A program made the translations under genes and the position numbers. Of a DNA stretch of 26,907 nucleotides, positions 17,894 to 26,907 are shown piece by piece; position 1 is the stretch's first letter; every line of letters begins with the position of its first letter. The stretch covers positions 1 to 26,907 of the forward strand of contig JBBILD010000031.1 of assembly GCA_037445065.1 (NCBI GenBank), read 5' to 3'. Source of the stretch: Myxococcales bacterium (lineage in GTDB: Bacteria > Desulfobacterota > Binatia > HRBIN30). The notes under the pieces were generated by a model, which was not told the origin of the DNA, did not search any database, and saw only the letters and a program-made list of their open reading frames with translations.

Positions 17894-20013
17894 TGCAAGG
17901 GATCGGGTCGGTAGCGGTTCGATGGGGAATCGTTGTTTCGTGGTGCGCGATTTTTGCCAGTGCTTGTTCTCGCCCGGTTGTGGAGAAAACGGACGAGTGG
18001 TCCACCGCCGCCTCTTCGGCTGCGGGTGTGCCGAGCGGGCAAGCTTTGGCAGAGACGGTGGCCGACGAACCCCGGCAAGAGAGCACCGCGGCAGAGGTGG
18101 CGCCGAGCGGAGCAAAGCTCGAGATTCGTGAGATCAAGCTGGTGAGCGACAACGGCCAGGAAGGCCTGTTCGTGAAGCTCAGTGGTGCTCCCTCTGCAGT
18201 GACACACCTTGCCCTCGAACGCCCTTCGCGTCTGATTATCGAACTCAATGGTGCCACCGGCAGGCTGAGCGGAGTGCAGCGCTTTGGCGTGCGGCGCAAC
18301 CCGACGGTGTCCGAGATCCGGGCGCATTACGCTCCGGATAAAATCCGGTTGACCTTGTATTTGAAAGGCAACCGAGTGCCGTCTTACTCCGTCAATGACC
18401 TGAACGACACGCTGGTGGCGTTCCTGGGCGAACCGACCGGGGGTACCGCTCCGATCCAAGAAGAACTGGTGTATTCGCAGCGGGCGGGGGCGATGGTGGC
18501 GTTGGAGGAAGAACCTGCGATGCCAGGCGCCGAGGGGTCAACGCGTCCTGTGCTTGCCGAGAGTGCACCTACGCAGGCTGCGGCCCCGGAGCGCAGGCCG
18601 ATGTACGTCGGGCAGCGGGTGTCCTTGGACTTCAAGGAGGCCGATGTCCACAACGTCCTGAGGCTGCTGGCGGACGTGAGCAAGCTCAACATCGTGGCGA
18701 CCGAAGACGTGAAGGGAAAGGTCACGCTGCGCCTTTATGATGTGCCGTGGGATCAAGCCCTCGACATTCTCCTGCAGACGATGAACCTCGAAAGCGTGCA
18801 GGAGGGGAACGTCATCCGCATTTCTACCGTCAAGCGCCTGCGCGAGGAGCGAGAAGAAAAGCAAAAGGCCCTGGAAGCAGCCAAAGTGTTGGAGCCACTC
18901 AAGGTCGAGTACATCCGGGTCAATTACACCAAGGCAAAGAACTTGGCCGACATCATCAGTGGTGCCGCGCGCAGCCGCGCCACCGGTACCGCGCAGCGCG
19001 GTGGGCAGGTGGAAGAGGGGGTGCTCACGAACCGGGGGAGCGTCTTCGTAGACGAACTCTCCAACACCCTGATTGTCCGGGACATCCAGCGCGGAATTGA
19101 CAACGCCCGCGAGCTGGTGCGCCGACTCGACGTCCAAACACCGCAAGTGCTGATCGAATCGAGCATTGTCGAAGCCACCACCGACTTCGCCCGCGATCTG
19201 GGTGTGCAATGGGGGTATCGTTTCCTTGCCGGCCCGGCCACCGGCAATCCGACTGGCGTGAACTTCCCGGGCACAATCGGTGTGGGTGGAGGGGGTCTGG
19301 GCACCGGAGGGAGCGGCGTGCCCTTCATTGCGGACTTCCCCGCCACGCAGGCCGTCCCTGGTGCGGGTAGCGCCCTGAGCCTGGCTTTGGGCTCGCTCGA
19401 TGGCAGTCAGGCGCTCGACATGCGGCTGACTGCGTTCGAACGGCAGGGGAAAGCCCGGATCGTGTCTCGCCCGCGGGTGGTGACCCTCAACAACGTTCCG
19501 GCAACGATCAAGAGCCTTACGATCATTCGAGTGCGGCTGCCGAGCACGGGTACGGTCATCAACACCGGCGCGGGAGGAGCGGCAGGGGCCGCCTCGGCGG
19601 CTACGGAGAAGATCGAGACTGGGATCATACTCGTCGTCACCCCGCAAGTCTCCTCGGACGGTTTCATCCTGCTCGACATGTCAACCAAGTCCAGCCAAGC
19701 CGACTTTGCCCGTACGGTGGACCAAATTCCGACCGAGATCACACGCGAAGCGAATTCTCACATCCTCGTAAAGAGCGGGCAGACGATTGTCCTCGGCGGG
19801 ATCTACCGGGACACGATCAGCGAGACGCGCACGGGGATCCCGTTTCTCAAGGATATCCCCGGCCTCGGCTGGCTGTTCCGAAACCTGACCAAGTCGGACC
19901 GCAGAGAAGACCTCTTGGTGTTCCTCACGCCTCGCATCCTCGGTGCACCGAGTGCAGAGCTGCCTACTGCCGAGGAGCTGTGGAAGAACCGCGACCTTGC
20001 ACCGAGGAGCTGA
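17893..20013 (+). CDS. pilQ: Type IV pilus secretin PilQ (AMIN-like, N and secretin domains)
   Basis: GQRVSLDFKEADVHNVLR, VPWDQALD, QVLIESSIVEA, LGVQWG, VTPQV, GQTIVLGGI, GIPFLKDIPGLGWLF, LLVFLTPRI. Confidence 0.96.
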   Translation: MQGIGSVAVRWGIVVSWCAIFASACSRPVVEKTDEWSTAASSAAGVPSGQALAETVADEPRQESTAAEVAPSGAKLEIREIKLVSDNGQEGLFVKLSGAPSAVTHLALERPSRLIIELNGATGRLSGVQRFGVRRNPTVSEIRAHYAPDKIRLTLYLKGNRVPSYSVNDLNDTLVAFLGEPTGGTAPIQEELVYSQRAGAMVALEEEPAMPGAEGSTRPVLAESAPTQAAAPERRPMYVGQRVSLDFKEADVHNVLRLLADVSKLNIVATEDVKGKVTLRLYDVPWDQALDILLQTMNLESVQEGNVIRISTVKRLREEREEKQKALEAAKVLEPLKVEYIRVNYTKAKNLADIISGAARSRATGTAQRGGQVEEGVLTNRGSVFVDELSNTLIVRDIQRGIDNARELVRRLDVQTPQVLIESSIVEATTDFARDLGVQWGYRFLAGPATGNPTGVNFPGTIGVGGGGLGTGGSGVPFIADFPATQAVPGAGSALSLALGSLDGSQALDMRLTAFERQGKARIVSRPRVVTLNNVPATIKSLTIIRVRLPSTGTVINTGAGGAAGAASAATEKIETGIILVVTPQVSSDGFILLDMSTKSSQADFARTVDQIPTEITREANSHILVKSGQTIVLGGIYRDTISETRTGIPFLKDIPGLGWLFRNLTKSDRREDLLVFLTPRILGAPSAELPTAEELWKNRDLAPRS

Positions 20014-20069
20014 CAGGGCGGGACCAAGGAATGACCCCTAGGAGGCCGAAGCCGAAGAAAGGCGAGCGG

Positions 20070-20600
20070 ATGCTGACAATCACCCTCACTGGTTTCATGG
20101 GCACGGGAAAGACCACCGTGGGCCGCTTGCTCGCTGAGCGCCTTGGCTTGCCATTCACCGATCTGGATCATCGCATCGAGCAACGAGAGAAACTCTCGGT
20201 CGAAGAGATTTTTTCGCAACGGGGTGAAGCATACTTTCGCCGCTGCGAGAAGGAAGAGTTGGACGCTGCGCTCTCCGAAGGCGGCGTGGTTGCAACCGGG
20301 GGCGGGGCGATTGTGGATCCGGAGAACCTGCGCCGCATGCGCACGGCCGGGCCGGTCATTTGCCTGACAGCCTCGGTCGAAGAGATTGCGCGACGAACGG
20401 CCCGCTCGGAGAAACGTCCACTTCTGCGCGGCACGGACCGGCAAGCGCGCATTTCCGAACTCCTCGAGCAGCGCGCGAGCGCGTACGCGCAGGCGGATAC
20501 GTGGGTGGAGACGACGGGAAAGAAGCCGCACGAAGTCGTGGACGAAATTTTGGCGTTCCTCGGCCTCGAGGCCGAGAACCATGCGGAGACCCTGCAATGA
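20070..20600 (+). CDS. aroK: Shikimate kinase
   Basis: GFMGTGKTTVG Walker A, GEAYFR, VATGGG, RPLL. Start 20070 or 20031. Confidence 0.95.
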   Translation: MLTITLTGFMGTGKTTVGRLLAERLGLPFTDLDHRIEQREKLSVEEIFSQRGEAYFRRCEKEELDAALSEGGVVATGGGAIVDPENLRRMRTAGPVICLTASVEEIARRTARSEKRPLLRGTDRQARISELLEQRASAYAQADTWVETTGKKPHEVVDEILAFLGLEAENHAETLQ

Positions 20601-21724
20601 ACGCATTTGCAGGAGGCTCTTCTGTGGTCGGTGCCGCGGCGGTGCGAGTCGAATTGCCCGGCCGTTCGTACTCCATCTGGGTGGGCGAAGGCCTTCTCCA
20701 CGTAAGCGGCGAATACGTGCGTGAACTTGGGCTCGGTACGCGCTGTGCCGTGGTGACCAATCCCGTGGTGGCAGCACACTACGCAGAACCGGTGGAGGCT
20801 TCGCTGCGCAAAGCTGGCTTCGAGTGCATTCGCGTCGAAATCCCGGATGGCGAGGAATTCAAAAACCTCGCCACGCTGACCCGCATTTACGATGCGCTGG
20901 TGGCTGCGGGGTTGGAGCGCAAGGATCCCGTGCTCGCTCTGGGCGGAGGTGTGGTCGGAGACATCGCGGGTTTTGCGGCTGCCACCTACTTGCGGGGCGT
21001 TCCCCTGGTACAGTTGCCCACTACGTTGTTGGCGCAGGTGGACTCCAGCGTGGGGGGCAAAACAGGGATCAACCACCCGCTGGGGAAAAACCTGATCGGG
21101 GCGTTCTACCAGCCCAGCTTGGTCTTGGCGGATGTCGCGGCGCTGCGCACGTTACCGGAGCGGGAACTGAAAGCGGGACTCGCCGAGGTGGTGAAGTATG
21201 GGGCGATCCTCGATGCCGAGCTGTTTTCCTTGATGGAAGAGAGAATGGAGGAGCTTGTGGCCTTGCAGCCTGCAGTGACCAGCCTCGTCGTGCGGCGCTG
21301 CTGCGAGCTCAAAGCTGGCGTCGTGATGCGCGACGAGCGAGAAAGCGGCGAGCGCGCCGTGCTGAACTTCGGGCACACGTTAGGGCACGCTTTGGAAAGC
21401 GTCACTGAGTACCGGCGTTACTTGCATGGCGAAGCGGTGGCGATCGGGATGGTGTTCGCTGCCCGCCTCAGTGTGGAGCTGGGGCTTTGCCCGCCGGAAG
21501 TTCCGCCGCGCTTAGAACGCTTGCTGCAGCGGATTGGCCTTCCGGTGTCCTTACCCGCAGAGGTTGATGCAGCTCGCCTGCTGCAGTCATTGGAGAGAGA
21601 CAAGAAGGTGCAGGGCGGCAAGATCCGCTTTGTGTGCATCGAAGGCTTGGGGCGGGCTCGCTTCGTTAACTTGGACAGCGCCAGTGTTCTCCAACTGGCG
21701 CAAAAGCTTGCTGGGGGTTCGTGA
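20597..21724 (+). CDS. aroB: 3-dehydroquinate synthase
   Basis: ATGA overlap with aroK; GGGVVGD, PTTLLAQVDSSVGGKTG, KNLIGAF, LNFGHTLGHALE, HGEAVA. Confidence 0.96.
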   Translation: MNAFAGGSSVVGAAAVRVELPGRSYSIWVGEGLLHVSGEYVRELGLGTRCAVVTNPVVAAHYAEPVEASLRKAGFECIRVEIPDGEEFKNLATLTRIYDALVAAGLERKDPVLALGGGVVGDIAGFAAATYLRGVPLVQLPTTLLAQVDSSVGGKTGINHPLGKNLIGAFYQPSLVLADVAALRTLPERELKAGLAEVVKYGAILDAELFSLMEERMEELVALQPAVTSLVVRRCCELKAGVVMRDERESGERAVLNFGHTLGHALESVTEYRRYLHGEAVAIGMVFAARLSVELGLCPPEVPPRLERLLQRIGLPVSLPAEVDAARLLQSLERDKKVQGGKIRFVCIEGLGRARFVNLDSASVLQLAQKLAGGS

Positions 21725-21738
21725 AGGAGGCAGGGTAC

Positions 21739-22458
21739 ATGAGGCGGTTTGCCAGGTTGCTGGTGGTCGGTTGGCTCGGCTTGGGTGTGCTGCATGGTTG
21801 CGGCTCTTCGGGGGATGCGGTGGACGGTGACGATGCATTGGTGTTCCGCATCGAAGGAATCGCGGGTGAGGGGTTAGGGCAGGCTGACAGCGTGCGTCCG
21901 GGCAGCGCTGACGTGGATGTGGTGCAAAACTTCTGCGCTACCACCGGTGGCGCCGGAGGTGGCGGCGGGCAGGCGCAGATTTCTTTGGAGCCGTTCACGC
22001 AGACGGTCTTCAACGCTTCCTTCCGCAACGAGCAAAAGTTGGACCTACGCTTGTTCGAGATGGTGGTCCATTTCGCAGACCCGCGGGTCGGCATTGGCGA
22101 CATCACACAGGAGCTGAACGCCACCATCACCGGCGGCCGCTGTTCCAACGCAGCCGAGCGCGCTTGCGCCAGCGCAGACGATTGCGTGGTCGGGGGACAG
22201 CGCGGGACGTGCAACTTCACGGCCACCACCGTGTCGGGGCTGTTGCTGGTGGATTTTCTCGCCAAGGATTCCATCGAGCCGCGACTCTGGCGGCAGGCGT
22301 TGCCGGTGGAACTCATGTTTCGGGCTCGCGACATTGCTGGCAACACGTATCAGACCACCGCTGGGTACACGCTGACATTTGACAACTTTTGTAACTGCGG
22401 CGCCAACGAGTTGTGCTGCAACAGCGTCGAGGAATGCCTGGCGCTGCAGCAGCCATAG
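21739..22458 (+). CDS. Cysteine-rich lipoprotein of unknown function
   Basis: RBS aaggagg at 21724-21730 and ATG 21739; lipobox LHG-C; 10 further Cys residues; beta-strand-rich. Confidence 0.8.
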   Translation: MRRFARLLVVGWLGLGVLHGCGSSGDAVDGDDALVFRIEGIAGEGLGQADSVRPGSADVDVVQNFCATTGGAGGGGGQAQISLEPFTQTVFNASFRNEQKLDLRLFEMVVHFADPRVGIGDITQELNATITGGRCSNAAERACASADDCVVGGQRGTCNFTATTVSGLLLVDFLAKDSIEPRLWRQALPVELMFRARDIAGNTYQTTAGYTLTFDNFCNCGANELCCNSVEECLALQQP

Positions 22459-22490
22459 GCTCCGGAGCGGTGGCAACGAGGAGAGGCGGT

Positions 22491-25400
22491 ATGAGACCGT
22501 GGGCGAATAAGAGGTGCTCAGCGTTTTACTTGGGGGCGTTGTTGGTTCTGTCCGCATGTGGGGGCGGCGGAGGTGGGGGCGGCTCTCAGTCAGCGAGTCC
22601 GAGCCCTACGCGAGTCGCTTCGACGCCCACGCCTGTGCGTAGCGGCCCGAGCCGTAATGAACGCAGCGCCTTCAATGACGCTGGTAGCATCACGCTGCGA
22701 GTGGAAGAGATTGTCTTGGTCGGAAATGAGTCGGCCGGTTTCACCGTGTTCGCCCGCGACGCTGCTGGCCGCCCGCTGGCCGGAATCCCGGTGCTTTTCG
22801 AGACCGCTCTTGAGGTGTTCGGATTGAGCGACCCGAACGCTCGCACCGACAGCGAGGGTAGCCTGAGCGGCCGGATCCGCGCGCCTCAGGGAGGGAGGTA
22901 CGCCTTCACGGTGGCAGCGGCTCCGGGTTCGCCTCTGGCTGGGTTGGCGACCAGCCTCACCATCGTCGTGAGCGGCCCGTTGCAAACCCCGACACGAACC
23001 GTGGCCACCCCGACCGAGGTTCCCCCGACGTTTACTCCCACGCTCACCCCGACTCCAGAACCCTGCGAGGACTTGCAGACCATCATTGTGCAAACCGATA
23101 CGCTGGCGGTGAGTTCGCAAACCGGTGGTAATGCCTTGATCACGGCCGTGGCGTTCAATGGTGACAACCGCCCGGTGCCGAACGCGAACATCTTGTTCGA
23201 CGTGCAGCCGCGAGTCGCCAGCTTCCGCGAGCTGGTGCGCACAACGGACGGTTCGGGAATCGCCTCGACCGTTCTGACCATTCCCCCGGGAACGGCGATC
23301 GGGAACCTGACCGTAAACGCCAGCGCTTGCCAGAAAACGGGCAGCGTGAATGTGTCCGTGGTCTCGGGCCGCAGCAATCGCCCGGTAGCCACGGTGGTAC
23401 TCGAGGCCGACCCGGCCACGGTTGGGAACGCAATTGATTCGACAGTGAACTTGAAGGCTTCGGTGTTCGACGCGGACAACCAGCCCATCAATGATATCAA
23501 TGTGTTGTTCATCACCGAGGTGGGCCAGGTGAGTCCCTTGTCCGACGTCACCAAGCCGTTTGGCTCGGAGAATGGGGTGGCAGTCGGTCGAATATGGCGG
23601 ATGGCCGGTGCGGTGGAACAGAATTTCAACGTCACCGCCTTGGCAGGAGGGGTGACCGGGGCCACTCGGCTCACCATTGTTCCGGGCAGAATCCCACCCG
23701 GCGGTAAGCTTCCCAATGTGCCGCCCGGAAAGCCTGCCTCTCTACAGCTCTCCGCCAGCCCCGCTCGCTTGCAGGTCGCCGGTACGGGTGGCACTTCCCT
23801 CAGTTCGATTCAGGCTCGGGTGTTCGACAACAATGGCCAGCCGTTGTCGGGTGTTCGGGTATACTTCCGGGTCGTTGCTGCCCAGAGCGCTGCCGGTGCG
23901 GTGATCTTGCCTCCGTCGGAGGCGACCCCTTCGATCCCCGATCCGAACACGCTTTGTCCCATGGATGCGCCGTTCGCGGTGAGCGACACTGCTGGCTTCG
24001 CAATCGCGCAACTCCGTGCGGGCAGCCAGCCGGGCTCGGTCACGGTTTCGGCGTGCGCGGACACCGTGTCCGATGGGCGCGCCGTAGCTCTGGTGGAGCA
24101 GCAACCATTGGTGGCGGTTTCTGCGGGTCCCGTGGCGAGAATTCGCGTCAGCCTCAACCCCCGCTTTGTTGATAACAACGATGGCACGTTGCTGACCACG
24201 CTGAGTGCGCTGGTGGTGGATGCACAAGGCAACGCGGTCGAAGATGGGACGCCGGTTGTGTTCGAGGTGGTCCTGCGCCAGCGCTGTGTCGGAGGCGAGC
24301 GAGACGGCGATCCGTGCAGCAGTCACGCTACCTGCGATGGCGGACAGTGTCTCCCCGATACTACCGATCCGGCATCTGCGATCGTGATTACGAACGGCGC
24401 GGTGACCAATGGAATCCCGCCGTGCGACGTGTCCCAATTCCCCGCGCAAACTGGCCTGCCCGTGTCCCCGCAGCCTGGCAATGCGATTACTTGCCTCAAG
24501 TTCCCCGTGTCGCAGCAGGCAACCGAGGTGTGGATCCGTGCCTCCTCCGGCGGGGTGAGCAATGCCACCAATGGCGAGGTGGTCACACTGCCGGGCTCCA
24601 TTGGAGGTCTGGGCCACTCGGTGCGCCCCAGCACGATCCGGGTGGGGGATCAGGCGGACGCGATCGCTTTGGTTTCTGTGCAGGTAGTGGATGATCTGGA
24701 TCGCCCGGTGGAAAACGTGCGTGTGCGCTTTTCCACGTCGCTCGGAGTGATCGATCGCTCTGCCCTGACCGATAGCCGCGGGGAAGCCAGTGCTACCTTG
24801 CTGATCCCCGCTGGTACGCCCTCGGGAACGGCCACGCTGCGCATCAGTGCGGGCGGAATCGTGGTCAACAACATTGACGTCCCGGTGGTGAACATCGCCG
24901 GCACCCCCACGCCCACCCCAGGTGAGGGAGACCAGGCAGCAGCGCTCGAATTCGTGGGTGCCTCGCCCACGACGCTCGGCGTGCGTGGCTCGGGCCTGCC
25001 GGAGCAGGCGACCCTGGTTTTTCGCGTGAAGAACCGCCGCGGCGAGCCTTTGCCCGGCACCCAGGTGATCTTCTCCTTGCCGCAAGTATCAGGGGAGAGC
25101 CTGAACCCGCGCCAAGTTCTGAGCGACGCCGAAGGTCTGGTTCGCACGGTCGTGACCACCGGGCGGAGGGCGCTTCCCATTCAAGTAATGGCGCAAGTGC
25201 TCAGTGTGGAGCCGCCCCTCATCACTCGCTCCACGCAGGTGCAAGTGCTCGGCGGGCCGCCTTCGCAGCGGAATTTCAGCTTGGCGCGGGAGTTCCATAA
25301 CATCGCCGGGCGAGTGACGTTCGGCCTCGAGAATAACTTTACGGCCTTTGTTGCGGACCGCTTCGGAAACCCGGTGCCGCCGGGTACGGTAGTGACATTC

Positions 25401-26907
25401 ACGACCAACTCTGGAGCCATCGGGAACCAGACTCCCACCAATGCCCTGGGCCAAGCGACCGCCACCCTTGTCTCGCAGGCCCCGCTGACCCCGAGTGGTA
25501 CGGTCTCGACCCTGGCCACGACTCGTGGCGAGCGGCCTTTTGTGGACGTCAACGGCAACGGAGTCTGCGATGAGGCAGACCAGCTCGAACTCTTGGCCGA
25601 GCCGTATTTCGATGAGAACTGCGATGGAACCTACAACGAGGGGGAAACCTTCGTAGACGTCAATGGCAATGGCCGGTGGGACCAAGATCAAGTGGGCGAG
25701 CTACGGTCCTGTGGCGATGAGCTGTTGATCTTTGCGAGCGCCTGCTCGACGTTCTCCGGCCCCACGGCTGCCGTGCTCTTGCCACCGACGTCCGACCCAA
25801 TCCCAGCCGGTGGCGTCCAAAACTTCACCCTAATCGTAAGCGACAACCCGGATCCGCTGGGCCGGCCCGGCGTTGGAAACCCTCTGGTGGGCGGCTCCCG
25901 TATTCGGGTTTCCTACGGCGGCGAGCGAGGGAAGGTGTTGGGCTTGGAAGAGTTCGTCCTGCCCGATGCTTTCACCAACAACCGGATCGTAGATGGCCTG
26001 AGCCGCTTCGAATTTGCCCTGGCCGACACAAAGCCGGATGCAGCTACGGATGAGGTGGATGCATTAACGGTAGAAATTTCTTCTCCGCCGGGCAGCGACG
26101 CACCGGGCGGAAACGGCTCGGTTACCTTGGTGCGCCAGATTCGCTTCCTTGCAGTCCCGACGCCGACTCCGACTCACACCCCGACGGAAACTCCGACGCC
26201 AACGGCTACCTTTACCCCGACTGCCACCTTTACTCCGACTGCGACCCACACCTTCACCCCGACGCAGACGCCGACTGTGACACCGACACCAACGGTGACC
26301 CCGACGGCGACACCTTCTGCGGCGTTCGTGCAGATCGAGCAGAACGTGGTGGGAGTGACCAACAACGGCGACGGTTCGTTCACGATGGTGATCACGGCGT
26401 TGGTGACGGATGCCAACGGTGTGGCCATTGGGAGCGGAGTGCCGGTGGAGTTCAGCTTGGTGAATCCGATTGCTGGGGTTTCGGTGTTGAGCCCGGCGTT
26501 TACGGGTCAGCCACCGAACTGCCAGTTGAGCTTCCAGGTGACGCCGCAACCTGGGGATGCGCTGTCGTGTGTGAAGTACCTGGCGGCGCTGCAGGGGCAG
26601 ACGGTACGGGTGCGGGCGCGGGTACAGACGCCGAGTGGGTTTATTCAGGACGAGCGGGATGTGCTGCTGCTCGACCTGCGGCCCACCGCCACACCGACCT
26701 CGACTCATACTCCGACCAATACTGCGACACCGACTCGAACCCCGACCAATACGCCGACCCCGACCGAGACTCCGACACGGACCTTCACCCCGACGCAGAC
26801 GCCGACTGTGACACCGACACCAACGGTGACCCCGACGGCGACACCTTCTGCGGCGTTCGTGCAGATCGAGCAGAACGTGGTGGGAGTGACCAACAACGGC
26901 GACGGTT
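22491..26907 (+). CDS. Giant invasin/intimin-like (Big_1-type) Ig-domain lipoprotein, >=1472 aa, 3'-partial (absent from the ORF track)
   Basis: Hand translation from ATG 22491 (RBS gaggagagg) finds no stop before the window end. [30 protein letters not shown] lipobox; about 10 units with D-x2-G-x-P-x4/5-V-x-F motifs ([73 protein letters not shown]); DxNGNG motifs; PT linkers. Confidence 0.9.
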   Translation, partial: MRPWANKRCSAFYLGALLVLSACGGGGGGGGSQSASPSPTRVASTPTPVRSGPSRNERSAFNDAGSITLRVEEIVLVGNESAGFTVFARDAAGRPLAGIPVLFETALEVFGLSDPNARTDSEGSLSGRIRAPQGGRYAFTVAAAPGSPLAGLATSLTIVVSGPLQTPTRTVATPTEVPPTFTPTLTPTPEPCEDLQTIIVQTDTLAVSSQTGGNALITAVAFNGDNRPVPNANILFDVQPRVASFRELVRTTDGSGIASTVLTIPPGTAIGNLTVNASACQKTGSVNVSVVSGRSNRPVATVVLEADPATVGNAIDSTVNLKASVFDADNQPINDINVLFITEVGQVSPLSDVTKPFGSENGVAVGRIWRMAGAVEQNFNVTALAGGVTGATRLTIVPGRIPPGGKLPNVPPGKPASLQLSASPARLQVAGTGGTSLSSIQARVFDNNGQPLSGVRVYFRVVAAQSAAGAVILPPSEATPSIPDPNTLCPMDAPFAVSDTAGFAIAQLRAGSQPGSVTVSACADTVSDGRAVALVEQQPLVAVSAGPVARIRVSLNPRFVDNNDGTLLTTLSALVVDAQGNAVEDGTPVVFEVVLRQRCVGGERDGDPCSSHATCDGGQCLPDTTDPASAIVITNGAVTNGIPPCDVSQFPAQTGLPVSPQPGNAITCLKFPVSQQATEVWIRASSGGVSNATNGEVVTLPGSIGGLGHSVRPSTIRVGDQADAIALVSVQVVDDLDRPVENVRVRFSTSLGVIDRSALTDSRGEASATLLIPAGTPSGTATLRISAGGIVVNNIDVPVVNIAGTPTPTPGEGDQAAALEFVGASPTTLGVRGSGLPEQATLVFRVKNRRGEPLPGTQVIFSLPQVSGESLNPRQVLSDAEGLVRTVVTTGRRALPIQVMAQVLSVEPPLITRSTQVQVLGGPPSQRNFSLAREFHNIAGRVTFGLENNFTAFVADRFGNPVPPGTVVTFTTNSGAIGNQTPTNALGQATATLVSQAPLTPSGTVSTLATTRGERPFVDVNGNGVCDEADQLELLAEPYFDENCDGTYNEGETFVDVNGNGRWDQDQVGELRSCGDELLIFASACSTFSGPTAAVLLPPTSDPIPAGGVQNFTLIVSDNPDPLGRPGVGNPLVGGSRIRVSYGGERGKVLGLEEFVLPDAFTNNRIVDGLSRFEFALADTKPDAATDEVDALTVEISSPPGSDAPGGNGSVTLVRQIRFLAVPTPTPTHTPTETPTPTATFTPTATFTPTATHTFTPTQTPTVTPTPTVTPTATPSAAFVQIEQNVVGVTNNGDGSFTMVITALVTDANGVAIGSGVPVEFSLVNPIAGVSVLSPAFTGQPPNCQLSFQVTPQPGDALSCVKYLAALQGQTVRVRARVQTPSGFIQDERDVLLLDLRPTATPTSTHTPTNTATPTRTPTNTPTPTETPTRTFTPTQTPTVTPTPTVTPTATPSAAFVQIEQNVVGVTNNGDG
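26157..26315 (+). repeat. Pro/Thr linker in the giant lipoprotein (others at about 22985-23060 and 26682-26846)
   Basis: [53 protein letters not shown]. Confidence 0.9.
26250..26907 (+). repeat. In-frame direct repeat, period 531 nt (177 aa)
   Basis: 26250-26376 is identical to 26781-26907 (127 nt, cut off by the window end). Confidence 0.95.

Noticed and set aside
19980..20596. Extended N-termini for aroK (19980) and aroB (20360)
   Set aside because: They overlap upstream genes; downstream ATGs fit family lengths and, for aroB, an ATGA overlap.
22558..26896. Listed ORFs in this interval (e.g. 22886-23794, 23742-25085 and the VGV-repeat ORFs)
   Set aside because: Antisense or off-frame shadows of the continuous + strand giant lipoprotein; VGVGV is the reverse complement of PT repeats.
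26250..26907. Direct repeat as a CRISPR array, DGR template/variable repeat pair or mobile-element end
   Set aside because: In-frame coding duplication with no spacers, no adenine-specific mismatches, and no RT or transposase.
1..26907. Circular element joining the PT-rich ends
   Set aside because: The first and last bases do not overlap, and the content is chromosomal housekeeping.

Overview
GC-rich diderm bacterial chromosomal segment. Pro/Thr-linker surface proteins, Cys-rich micro-domains and deltaproteobacterial-type pil genes suggest a Binatota/Desulfobacterota-like organism (inference only). Left to right: a 5'-truncated PT-linker + YVTN beta-propeller protein coupled to a TPR + outer-membrane beta-barrel (SLAM/DUF560-like) gene and a secreted FecR-domain gene; two tandem Lpp/OprI-like alanine-zipper lipoproteins and a strong terminator; two Zn-dependent MDR dehydrogenases; an elongated holA; a universal stress protein; an oddly truncated two-unit family III CoA-transferase; an orphan Card1-like PD-(D/E)XK nuclease; an O-methyltransferase; and the classic divergent mrcA / pilMNOPQ-aroK-aroB locus. 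The pil operon continues into a Cys-rich lipoprotein and a giant (>=1472 aa) invasin-like Ig-domain lipoprotein that is missing from the ORF track because it runs off the window end inside a 531-nt tandem repeat. No CRISPR array, tRNA, rRNA or transposase was seen. The best novelty candidates are the pilus-operon-linked giant lipoprotein pair with a lipidated PilQ and Cys-less PilP, the SLAM-like locus, and the orphan nuclease. All family calls are by-eye motif recognition; no database search was run.
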